A stretch of 60,382 bases of DNA, counting the filler. It is 5 parts of 5 records of this genome, joined end to end, with 100 filler letters (N's around TTAATTAATTAA, not from the genome) between each part and the next. Parts side by side here need not be neighbours in the genome. Positions count along the whole stretch, not along the records: positions 19,681 to 40,990 come from SRR31156797_12848; positions 41,091 to 48,277 come from SRR31156797_12854; positions 48,378 to 60,382 come from SRR31156797_12855; 2 more parts are not named here. The stretch is one strand, 5' to 3'. Within the stretch, counting starts at the first letter, position 1; each line of letters begins with the position of its first letter. The translations under genes were made by a program, and so were the position numbers. The notes under the pieces were generated by a model that was given only the letters and a program-made list of their open reading frames with translations, made no database searches and had not been told where the DNA came from. Below are positions 39,064 through 48,404 of this stretch, piece after piece.

Positions 39064-40149
39064 ATGGGAGACGTTCGTTTAATGAAAGGAAATGAGGTGA
39101 TCGCTGAAGCAGCTATCCGTTGTGGATGTGATGGGTATTTTGGTTACCCTATTACCCCTCAATCCGAAATTATGGAGACCCTAATGATCCGCCAACCTGC
39201 GAAAGAAACAGGAATGGTGGTTCTGCAAGCTGAGAGTGAAGTTGCTGCTATCAATATGGTATACGGTGGTGCATCATGTGGTAAGAAAGTAATGACCTCG
39301 TCATCAAGTCCTGGTATCAGTTTGAAAGCTGAAGGGATTACTTATTTAGCAGGTGCTGAGCTTCCTGCTTTGATTGTTAATATCGTACGAGGAGGACCAG
39401 GTTTAGGTACGATTCAACCAGCACAGTCTGATTATTTTCAAGCTGTAAAAGGTGGTGGTCATGGTGATTATAAATTAATTGTTTTGGCTCCTGCATCGGT
39501 TCAGGAAATGAACGACTTTGTTGATTTAGGATTTGAACTTTCATTTAAATATCTGAACCCAACAATGATCCTTTCTGATGGGGTTATTGGTCAGATGATG
39601 GAGAAAGTTGAATTGGCTGATTTTAAACCACGTTGGACAGCTGAAGAAATCGAGAAGATTTCTGGTTCATGGGCAACAAATGGTAAAAAACCAGGCGTTA
39701 AACGTAATATTTCTACATCTCTTGATTTGGATTCAGCAAAACAAGAAATTTTCAATCATAAGCTTCAAGCAAAATATCGCGCAATGGAAGAAAACGATGT
39801 TCGTTTCGAAAAAATTGCTTGCGACGATGCTGACTACTTATTCGTAGCTTATGGTTCAAGTGCTCGTATTTGTCAAAAATCTGTTGAAATTGCGAGAGAA
39901 AAAGGCATTAAAGTAGGTTTGTTACGCCCAATAACTCTTTTCCCTTATCCAACGAAGCAAATTCAAGAAATGCTAGGACAAGTTAAGGGTATCCTATCTG
40001 TAGAAATGAGTGCTGGTCAAATGGTAGAAGACGTTAGATTAGCAGTTAATGGTAAAGTTCCTGTTGAGCACTACGGTCGCTATGGTGGAATTATTCCTAC
40101 TCCAGAAGAGGTTGTAGAGGCTTTGGAAGAAAAAATTTTAGGAAAATAA
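39064..40149 (+). CDS. vorB: 2-oxoacid:ferredoxin oxidoreductase alpha subunit (3-methyl-2-oxobutanoate dehydrogenase VorB-like)
   Basis: LMKGNE, GYPITPQSE, QAESEVAA, TSSSSPG, RGGPGLG. Confidence 0.9.
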   Translation: MGDVRLMKGNEVIAEAAIRCGCDGYFGYPITPQSEIMETLMIRQPAKETGMVVLQAESEVAAINMVYGGASCGKKVMTSSSSPGISLKAEGITYLAGAELPALIVNIVRGGPGLGTIQPAQSDYFQAVKGGGHGDYKLIVLAPASVQEMNDFVDLGFELSFKYLNPTMILSDGVIGQMMEKVELADFKPRWTAEEIEKISGSWATNGKKPGVKRNISTSLDLDSAKQEIFNHKLQAKYRAMEENDVRFEKIACDDADYLFVAYGSSARICQKSVEIAREKGIKVGLLRPITLFPYPTKQIQEMLGQVKGILSVEMSAGQMVEDVRLAVNGKVPVEHYGRYGGIIPTPEEVVEALEEKILGK

Positions 40150-40152
40150 GTT

Positions 40153-40926
40153 ATGACAGCAACAACTGAAATCAATAATATTATTAGCAAAGAGAACTTG
40201 GTGTATGATAAGACCAAAGTTCTTTTAGATAACGAAATGCACTATTGCCCGGGTTGTACTCACGGTGTAATCCATAAAGTAATTGCTGAAGTTATCGATG
40301 AGATGGATATTCAGGAGAAAACAATTGGTATTTCACCAGTGGGTTGTTCTGTATTAGCCTACAATTACCTTGATATTGACTGGCAACAAGCTGCTCACGG
40401 TCGTGCTCCTGCATTGGCTACTGCAACTTCTCGTTTAATGCCAGAAAAATATGTTTTCACTTACCAGGGAGATGGCGATTTGGCATCAATTGGATGTGCT
40501 GAAATTATTCACGCATGTAACCGTGGTGAAAATATTGTGGTTGTATTCGTAAATAATGCAATCTACGGTATGACTGGTGGACAAATGGCTCCAACTACCT
40601 TGGAAAATCAGGTAACTGCAACTTCTCCTTACGGACGTGATTGTTCTTTAACAGGTGCTCCAATGAAGATTAGTGAAATGGTTAGCTTGTTACCAGGTAC
40701 ACGTTTTGTAACTCGTCAATCAGCAGAAACAGCTGGAGCGGTTAGAAAGTTGAAGAAAGCTATCCGTAAAGGTTTTGAAAATACCAGAGAGATGAAAGGT
40801 CTTTCTTTTATCGAAGTAGTTGGAACTTGTAGTTCCGGATGGAAATTATCTCCAACTCAATCTAACGATTGGATGAAAGAAAATATGTTCCCTTTCTATC
40901 CATTGGGTACATTAAAAGATGAATAG
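40153..40926 (+). CDS. 2-oxoacid:ferredoxin oxidoreductase beta (TPP-binding) subunit
   Basis: HYCPGCTHG, GCS, HGRA, QGDGD, NNAIYGMTGGQ. Confidence 0.93.
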   Translation: MTATTEINNIISKENLVYDKTKVLLDNEMHYCPGCTHGVIHKVIAEVIDEMDIQEKTIGISPVGCSVLAYNYLDIDWQQAAHGRAPALATATSRLMPEKYVFTYQGDGDLASIGCAEIIHACNRGENIVVVFVNNAIYGMTGGQMAPTTLENQVTATSPYGRDCSLTGAPMKISEMVSLLPGTRFVTRQSAETAGAVRKLKKAIRKGFENTREMKGLSFIEVVGTCSSGWKLSPTQSNDWMKENMFPFYPLGTLKDE

Positions 40927-40960
40927 AACTTCATTTTAAATCAATTAAAACTGTAAAAAA

Positions 40961-40990
40961 ATGACAGAAGAAATTATCATTGCAGGATTT
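40961..40990 (+). CDS. 2-oxoacid oxidoreductase gamma subunit, first 10 codons (cut by contig end)
   Basis: MTEEIIIAGF matches the start of the AGFGGQG motif; operon position. Confidence 0.7.
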
Positions 40991-41090
40991 NNNNNNNNNN
41001 NNNNNNNNNNNNNNNNNNNNNNNNNNNNNNNNNNTTAATTAATTAANNNNNNNNNNNNNNNNNNNNNNNNNNNNNNNNNNNNNNNNNNNN
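40991..41090. other. Artificial contig spacer
   Basis: N-TTAATTAATTAA-N. Confidence 0.98.
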
Positions 41091-41091
41091 T

Positions 41092-42609
41092 ATTTTATCA
41101 ATATTAATATTTTTTCCAGCATTTGCAGCGATAGTAGGGTTTTTAGTAAAACAAGACTCTATAAAAGCTTATGGAATATGTGTTACTGCTATGCAGTTTG
41201 TTTTATCACTTGTTCTTTGGATGAACTTTGATGTAAATGAAGGGCAAATGCAGTTTACGCATATTATTCCTATTATTAGTTCATATGGAATAAATTATCA
41301 TGTGGGAGTTGATGGTATTTCACTATTTTTAGTGATTATGACAACTTTTATGACGATGATTTCTCTTATTGGACTTAGTGAAAAAAGAGATTTAAAGAAT
41401 CTAGTTATTACTGTACTATTTTTAGAAATGACTATGGTAGGAGTATTTTTAGCTCTTGACGCGATTATTTTCTATGCTTTCTGGGAGTTATCCTTAGTAC
41501 CTATGCTTTATATTATTGGAGCATGGGGTGGAAAGTTAAGAATCTACGCTTCTATAAAGTTCTTCTTATATACTTTTTTAGGTTCTTTAATTATGCTTGT
41601 GGGAATGCTTTATTTAGCTTATGTTTATTATATAACAACAGGAACTTATAGCTTTAGTTTACAAGATTGGAATATGATGATACTTCCATTTGATATGCAA
41701 TTTTGGTTATTTATTGCATTCTTTTGTGGTTTTGCTGTTAAAGTTCCAATGTTCCCATTCCATACTTGGCTTCCTTATGCACATGGACAAGCACCAACAA
41801 TTGGTTCAGTAATCCTTGCAGCTGTTTTACTTAAAATGGGAACATATGGTTTTGTGAGATTCTCATTACCACTTTTCCCTGATGCAAGTGTTTACTTTAC
41901 AATTCCAATGGCTATCTTAGCTTTAATTGCAATTGTTTATACAGCAATGGTAGCTTATGCTCAAGAAGATATGAAACAGGTTATTGCTTACTCTTCGGTT
42001 TCTCATATGGGTGTGATTATCTTAGGAATTTTTGCACTAAATGTTGAAGGAATTGGTGGGGCAATTTTTCTTATGATTTCCCATGCTATTGTTTCGGGAG
42101 CTCTGTTTATGTTAGTTGGGGTTGTTTATGACAGAACCCACACTAAGATGATAAAAGATTATGGTGGAATAGCAAGAGTTATGCCAAAGTATGCAACTAT
42201 ATTTGCAATTATGCTTATGGCATCAATTGGACTTCCTCTAACTATAGGATTTGTAGGTGAGTTTTTATCTCTTCTTGGATTTTTTAAAGTAAGTGCAACT
42301 TTAACTTTAATAGCTGGACTTACTATTATTTTTGGAGCAGTTTATATGTTAACAATGTATAAAAAAGTTTTCTTTGGTCCAATAAAAAATGAAAAAAACC
42401 ATGAGTTAAAAGATTTAAATAAAAGAGAGTTAAGTGCTTTAATTCCATTAGTTGCTTTAGTTGTAATTTTAGGTGTTTATCCAAAACCTATTTTAAAGCC
42501 AGTGGAAACTTCTGTGAATCATGTAGTTGAGGTTATGAAAATAAAAGCTTTAGAAGATAAAACAAGAGTTGAAATATTAAATAGAAACTCAATTGAAGGA
42601 GCTAGATAA
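41092..42609 (+). CDS. nuoM: NADH-quinone oxidoreductase subunit M (5' truncated)
   Basis: Frame open from contig start (ILSILIFFPA...); GVDGIS, KVPMFPFHTWLP, LLKMG, IAYSSVSHMG. Confidence 0.95.
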   Translation: MLSILIFFPAFAAIVGFLVKQDSIKAYGICVTAMQFVLSLVLWMNFDVNEGQMQFTHIIPIISSYGINYHVGVDGISLFLVIMTTFMTMISLIGLSEKRDLKNLVITVLFLEMTMVGVFLALDAIIFYAFWELSLVPMLYIIGAWGGKLRIYASIKFFLYTFLGSLIMLVGMLYLAYVYYITTGTYSFSLQDWNMMILPFDMQFWLFIAFFCGFAVKVPMFPFHTWLPYAHGQAPTIGSVILAAVLLKMGTYGFVRFSLPLFPDASVYFTIPMAILALIAIVYTAMVAYAQEDMKQVIAYSSVSHMGVIILGIFALNVEGIGGAIFLMISHAIVSGALFMLVGVVYDRTHTKMIKDYGGIARVMPKYATIFAIMLMASIGLPLTIGFVGEFLSLLGFFKVSATLTLIAGLTIIFGAVYMLTMYKKVFFGPIKNEKNHELKDLNKRELSALIPLVALVVILGVYPKPILKPVETSVNHVVEVMKIKALEDKTRVEILNRNSIEGAR

Positions 42610-44099
42610 TGAATAGTATCCCACCAATTGCAATTGAGTTTGCAAGTTTAAATTTCCCAACAATTGTTCCTATGATTATAGCTATTGTTGGGGCATTGGT
42701 TATTTTAATAATTGATTTAATAAATAAAAACCTTGATAAATCACTTTATGTGATGATTGCAGTTCTGTTTTTAATTATTGATTTAGGTGTAATTATTGGT
42801 TTTACTTCCGATGTAAGAGGTTTCTTTGACCTTTTATTAGTTGATGGAATTGCTATATTATCTCAAGGAATTATAGTACTTGCTTCGCTATTTTTTGTTC
42901 TTACTGCTATGGGGAAACTAAGATTCCAAGAGTATAGATACCCTGAATACTTTGCACTGTATTTATTTATGGTAGCAGGGTTCCAGTTTATGGTAAGTTC
43001 GGATTCTCTTATCTTAATCCTTGTAGGGCTTGAAACAGCGTCAATGGCTCTTTATACGATTATTGCAATGCATAATAGAACAAATGCTTTAGAAGCTGCA
43101 ATAAAATACTTTACAATGGGTGCTTTATCAACTGCATTTTTTGCCTTTGGTTCATTGATTTTTTATGCTGTAACAGGAACTGTAGAGCTTGGAAAAGTAT
43201 CTGAAGTTTTAGTTACTTCAAACTATGAAAACTATCCATTAGTTCTTTTAGGTGTAATATTTATGCTTGGGGCTTTAGGATTTAAATTATCATTAGTTCC
43301 TTACCATACTTGGGTAGCTGATGTTTATGAAGGTTCAACGGCAGCTCTTGCAGGGTTTTTATCTATTGTTCCAAAGATGGCTGCTTTTGTAGTAGCTTTA
43401 AGATTTTTTGAAATATTTATAGCAAGTGGTGACCCATTTGTTGAGGTGATTTTATATGTAACGGTTGTATTAACAATCACTATTCCAAATATAATTGCCC
43501 TTTTACAAAATGATATAAGTAGAATGCTTGCATATTCTTCTATTTCAAATGCAGGTTTTGCAATGACTGCTATTTTAATTGGAAGTACACAAGCAACACA
43601 GGCTCTATTTTTATACTGGTTAATGTTCTTAATTACTAACCTTGGAGCATTTTCAATGCTATGGATAAATAGAAGTAAAGATAGTAGTAGTTTCTCTTCT
43701 GACCATGCTATGGAAAAATATTCAGGTCTTATAAAAAAAGAGCCATTTTCTGCTCTTATGATGGGTCTATTTTTATTCTCTCTTGCAGGAATACCTCCTT
43801 TTGCACTATTTTGGGGAAAACTATATTTAATTGGAAGTGCTGTAAATGGCGGATATTTAATCTTAGCCTTAATTATGGTTTTAAACTCTGCTATTGCAGG
43901 TTATTATTACTTAAAACCAATTGTATTTATGTTCTTAAAAGATGCAAATGAAGAAGTAGAAGTTAAGTTTTTAGCAAACTCAACACCTATAATAAAAGCT
44001 GTTATAGGTTTTTGTGCAGTTTTAGTTGTATTTTCAATTTTGTTAATAGAACCATTATTAGAAATAATCTCTTATTATGTTCAAATCTCAGGATACTAG
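42609..44099 (+). CDS. nuoN: NADH-quinone oxidoreductase subunit N
   Basis: EAAIKYF, FKLSLVPYHTWVADVYEG, RMLAYSSI, LAGIPP. Confidence 0.95.
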   Translation: MNSIPPIAIEFASLNFPTIVPMIIAIVGALVILIIDLINKNLDKSLYVMIAVLFLIIDLGVIIGFTSDVRGFFDLLLVDGIAILSQGIIVLASLFFVLTAMGKLRFQEYRYPEYFALYLFMVAGFQFMVSSDSLILILVGLETASMALYTIIAMHNRTNALEAAIKYFTMGALSTAFFAFGSLIFYAVTGTVELGKVSEVLVTSNYENYPLVLLGVIFMLGALGFKLSLVPYHTWVADVYEGSTAALAGFLSIVPKMAAFVVALRFFEIFIASGDPFVEVILYVTVVLTITIPNIIALLQNDISRMLAYSSISNAGFAMTAILIGSTQATQALFLYWLMFLITNLGAFSMLWINRSKDSSSFSSDHAMEKYSGLIKKEPFSALMMGLFLFSLAGIPPFALFWGKLYLIGSAVNGGYLILALIMVLNSAIAGYYYLKPIVFMFLKDANEEVEVKFLANSTPIIKAVIGFCAVLVVFSILLIEPLLEIISYYVQISGY

Positions 44100-44115
44100 G
44101 AAAAATCCTAGTATC
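44092..44115. terminator. Hairpin between convergent nuoN and porin
   Basis: GATACTAGGA-aaaa-TCCTAGTATC. Confidence 0.6.
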
Positions 44116-44123
44116 TAAAGCTT

Positions 44124-45287
44124 TTAAAAAGAGTAAGTTAACGTAAGGTTTACTTGGTCTTGGTCTGTTTCATCTAAATCATCACTATCTACATTTACAT
44201 GAGTAAGCCCAAGGTTTGCATTTAATTCACTTGTTAATTTATATCCAAGCCATAAAGTAGTCTCATCTTGTTCATAAGACTCATCTGCTTTGTCATACTC
44301 AGTATTTCCATAAAGCAGTGTAGCACTTAAATCTCCAAAAGATTTACTAAGTCCTAAGTAGTAAGTTCTTGCATCTTTTAAATAGATTTGATCACCTTCT
44401 TCAAAAGGATTGATAATCTCTCCTGCAAGGTGAGTAAAACCTTGGTCTTTATCAATTTGGATATATCCTAGGTAAGGAGTAAATCCAGCAATAGAAGTAC
44501 TAAGCATTAAGTCAATAATACTTGAATCCTCTTCATTAGAATCATCTGGTTTATTTACAGCATAGTGTGCTCTAAATGAAGTATCACCATATTTTAAATT
44601 TACTTTTCCACCAATAATATCTCTGTTATCAGGAGCAATAAAATCATAAGCTGTTGCAGAGATATTTTCATTGAATTTTTGAGTTAAAGCTATTTTATAA
44701 ACCCCTTTATTTTCATTCATTTTAGTCATAGGTCTATAATCTCTTGAATAGATTCTACCGTGTCTTTGAGACCAAATAGCTTCAATAGAAGTATTATCAA
44801 AGTTTGCATCAATTCTTAGGGCATCTTGAGTTTTATTCATCCAATCTGTTGAGATAAACTGTCTACCAGCTTTAACTGAAATTGCTTCATAATTATATGC
44901 TAAGAATAACTCTTCTAAATCTACACTTCTTCTACTACCATCTTTGTACCAGAACCTTTCAGCTGCATCACCTTTTCCTTGGTAATGAAACTCATCTTCT
45001 CCACCTTCAAAGATTGTTTTATAAGCTCTTACTTTTGAAGTTAGACTTAGGTTATTCCAAACGCCACTTTCATATTTTAATGCAAAAGAACCAACAGAGT
45101 AATCTGTATCATTATAGTAGTTACCCCATTTTGCTAGTTCTTTATCCATATCTCTTTGTTCATATGTAACTGCAAACTCACCACTTATTTTTCCACTTGT
45201 TAATGCTTCTTGTAAAGATGAAGCACTCGAAATAGAAGGAATACCAATTGCTAAGATAGCAATAAGACTTAATTTTGTAGCTTTCAT
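44124..45287 (-). CDS. Outer-membrane porin (Opr/OprD-like, Campylobacterota type)
   Basis: Signal peptide, SLQEALTSGKISG, KAGRQ, C-terminal LTLTYSF. Confidence 0.85.
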   Translation of the reverse strand: MKATKLSLIAILAIGIPSISSASSLQEALTSGKISGEFAVTYEQRDMDKELAKWGNYYNDTDYSVGSFALKYESGVWNNLSLTSKVRAYKTIFEGGEDEFHYQGKGDAAERFWYKDGSRRSVDLEELFLAYNYEAISVKAGRQFISTDWMNKTQDALRIDANFDNTSIEAIWSQRHGRIYSRDYRPMTKMNENKGVYKIALTQKFNENISATAYDFIAPDNRDIIGGKVNLKYGDTSFRAHYAVNKPDDSNEEDSSIIDLMLSTSIAGFTPYLGYIQIDKDQGFTHLAGEIINPFEEGDQIYLKDARTYYLGLSKSFGDLSATLLYGNTEYDKADESYEQDETTLWLGYKLTSELNANLGLTHVNVDSDDLDETDQDQVNLTLTYSF

Positions 45288-45413
45288 TTTCTTGCCTTTA
45301 TTTAATATTTTAAATAAAACTAAAAATTATAATCTAGTTTTATTTTTTATGTTTTGGAAGTATAAATAAAAAATGTAGATAAAAAATCGAATAAGTAAAT
45401 TTGTAGAAAATTG

Positions 45414-46016
45414 TTAAGAAATCTTCTTATCAAAGGAAGAAATTAAATTGTCAGCTAGGTTTTTAAGTCTACTACTATAACTTTTAATAAGGTTTTTTTG
45501 AGGAGTTATTACCTCCCAATCTAAAACTTTTGCTCCTATTGATATTGAAGCATGTTCCATATATTTCTTTGCAGTATAGAAGCTATGATTTAAAAAGTAT
45601 TTTGTTGTATTGTAGTTTATTAGTATAGATTTTTTAGGAAGAGTTATCTTCCTTGGAGTAGAGTTTGTTTGACCATAAGGCCAATAATAATAGGCAACAA
45701 GACGTTCAGAAAATTTTTCATGGATTTTGTTTTTTGAAAAAAGGTTGTTTCTATCTGCTAAGATGATATATGCATCTGCTTCTTCTATTTCATCTATAGT
45801 TGAATTCATATCATCTTTAATCACACACTTAACAGGAGACTCACTTTTTCTTTGAGTACAACATCTGCATTGTGTACATTTGACAATTTTCATGTCACTT
45901 AACTTTAGAGTATAGTTTTTAATATTTTTTGAACTAAGATAGTTTGATAAGAAGTCAATAATCTTATTCATATCTGAGTGATAGGTTTCAGTACAGTCTA
46001 TAAATTTTACAACCAT
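45414..46016 (-). CDS. Iron-sulfur flavoprotein / flavodoxin-fold-like protein, degenerate
   Basis: CTQCRCC...KCVIKDDM...IEEAD; start at ATG 46016 (MVVKF) rather than TTG 46085. Confidence 0.7.
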   Translation of the reverse strand: MVVKFIDCTETYHSDMNKIIDFLSNYLSSKNIKNYTLKLSDMKIVKCTQCRCCTQRKSESPVKCVIKDDMNSTIDEIEEADAYIILADRNNLFSKNKIHEKFSERLVAYYYWPYGQTNSTPRKITLPKKSILINYNTTKYFLNHSFYTAKKYMEHASISIGAKVLDWEVITPQKNLIKSYSSRLKNLADNLISSFDKKIS

Positions 46017-46169
46017 ATGTTTACCTTTATTATAGATATAGTTAAATACTAACAAAAGAGTATAACTTTTAAGTGACAAAATCAAATTTTAATAGGAAAA
46101 ACTCTAATTCGATTTTTTTTCGATTTTTTTTTCTTACAATTCTTTTATAAATCAAAAAAAGGATTGAAG

Positions 46170-48277
46170 ATGAACAATTCAAGAAGAGACTTTCTTAAAG
46201 TAGGAGCAGCAACTTCAGCTGTATTAGCAGGAAGTGGAACATTAAGTGGTGCAGTTGCAAAAGAGTTTGCAAGTAGAACTAAGAAAATTCCAAGTGCATC
46301 TCACTTTGGTGCTTTTTATGCTCACGTAAGAGATGACAAAATTGTTGATATTACTTCACAATTAGATTCTGATGCTAATCCAACAGTGATGGTTAAAGCT
46401 TTAGCAGATAGAAACAGTTCTGACTCAAGGGTTAAATATCCAGTGGTTAGAAAAAGTTACCTTGAAGGAAAAGGAAGAGGTGATTTAAGAGGAAAAGAAG
46501 AGTTTGTTAGAGTTTCTTGGGATACAGCTATTGATTTAGTTGCAAAAGCTATTCAAAAAGCACAAGAAAAAGGTGGAAACGAAGCACTTTATAATGCCTC
46601 TTATGGTGGTTGGGCTCATCCAGGAGCATTTAAACCAAATGCATTAGCTGGAAGATTCTTTAACCAAATTGGTGGAGCTGTTAGAACATCAGGTGAGTAC
46701 TCAAATGGTGCAGCAGGACAAGTAAACCCATCAATTGTTGGTGATATGGAGGTTTACTCTATTCAAACTGCCCATGAGCAAATTATTGAAAATACAGAAG
46801 TGATGGTTTTATGGGGAGCAGATTTATATAAAACAAATAGAGCAGGATACTCTGTTCATAATCATAGATGTTTTGATGCTTATGAAGAGTATAAAAAAGC
46901 AGGAATCAAAGTAATCTCTATTGACCCAATTTATACAATGTCAGCTCAAGAGTTCAAAGCTGATTGGATTAAAATTAGACCAGGTTCTGATGTTGCTTTA
47001 ATGTTAGGAATGATGAACTACTTATATAAAAGTGGTAAATATGACAAAGAGTTTATTGAAAAATATACTTATGGTTTTGATAAATTCTTACCATACCTTT
47101 TAGGAAAAGAAGATGGTGTTGAAAAAACACCTGAATGGGCAGAAAAATTAACAGAAATTCCAGCTAAAACAATTAGACAATTAGCTGATATTATGATTTC
47201 AAAAAGAACATTTATTGCAGGTAACTGGGCAATGCAAAGAGCTCATCATGGTGAGCAAGTTGACTGGTCTATTATTACTTTAGCTTCGATGTTAGGACAA
47301 GTTGGATTACCAGGTGGTGGTTTTGGATTCTCTATGCACTATGAAGGTGGAGGAGATGCAAACTCTGGTAAAAACACTGTTGGTGGTATGAGTCAAGGTG
47401 GAGGAGATAAAGTAAAAATTGCTATTCCTGCATCAAGAATGAGTGACTTAATCAATAAACCAGGTGAGACTGTAACTTACAAAGGTAAAGTTATTAAATA
47501 TCCAAAAGTAGAGTTTATGTTAAGTGCAGGTGGTTCACCAATTGGTCACCAACCAGATGTAAATGAACTTATTGAAGCAATGAGAAAATTAGATACTGTA
47601 GTAGTTGTTGAGCCATGGTGGACACCAACTGCAAAAATGGCAGATATTGTTTTACCTGCAACAACAACTATGGAAAGAGACGATGTAGCAGGAGCTATGT
47701 CTTACTCAGCAGATAGAATCTATGCAATGAAAAAAATTGTTGAGCCAAGATATGAATCAAAAGATGATTATGAAATCTTTACAATGCTTGCAGATAAATT
47801 TGGTAAAGGAAGAAGATTCTCAAGAGGAAGAACAGTTCAACAATGGTTAGAAAGACTTTATAAAAGATCTTCAGCTAAAAGAGAAATGGGAATTTCATTT
47901 GAAGAGTTCTGGAAAATGGGTGTTATTAAATACGATATTCCAAAAAGTGCAACAAAATTTGTTAGACATGAAGCCTTTAGAAAAGACCCTGTAAACAATG
48001 CACTTAAAACAGAAACTGGAAAAATTCAAATCTTCTCAGATAAGTTTGCATCTTATGGATATGAAGACTTTAAAGGTCACGTAATGTGGTTTGAACCAGC
48101 AGAGTGGTTAGGTAATGAAGAGTTAGTGAAAAAATATCCACTACACCTAGTGTCTCCTCACCCAACATATAGAATTCACTCACAGTTAGATAATACTTGG
48201 GTGCAAAATGTACATAAAGTACAAGGTAGAGAACCTATTAGAATCTCTCCAAATGATGCGAAAAAATTTGGAGTAAA
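46170..48277 (+). CDS. Tat-exported molybdopterin S/N-oxide reductase (TorA/DorA/BisC family), 3' truncated
   Basis: SRRDFLK twin-arginine, SHFG, RVKYP, SYGGW, GEYSNGAA (Mo-Ser), QRAHHGEQ, HP..RIHSQ. Confidence 0.93.
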
Positions 48278-48377
48278 NNNNNNNNNNNNNNNNNNNNNNN
48301 NNNNNNNNNNNNNNNNNNNNNTTAATTAATTAANNNNNNNNNNNNNNNNNNNNNNNNNNNNNNNNNNNNNNNNNNNN
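48278..48377. other. Artificial contig spacer
   Basis: N-TTAATTAATTAA-N. Confidence 0.98.
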
Positions 48378-48404
48378 AACTTAAATAGTAAAAAATAGTT
48401 TAAT

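Noticed and set aside
46164-48329. ORF-track ends that run through Ns (also 9170-9373)
   Set aside because: Stops come from the linker; the genes are contig-truncated, not pseudogenes.
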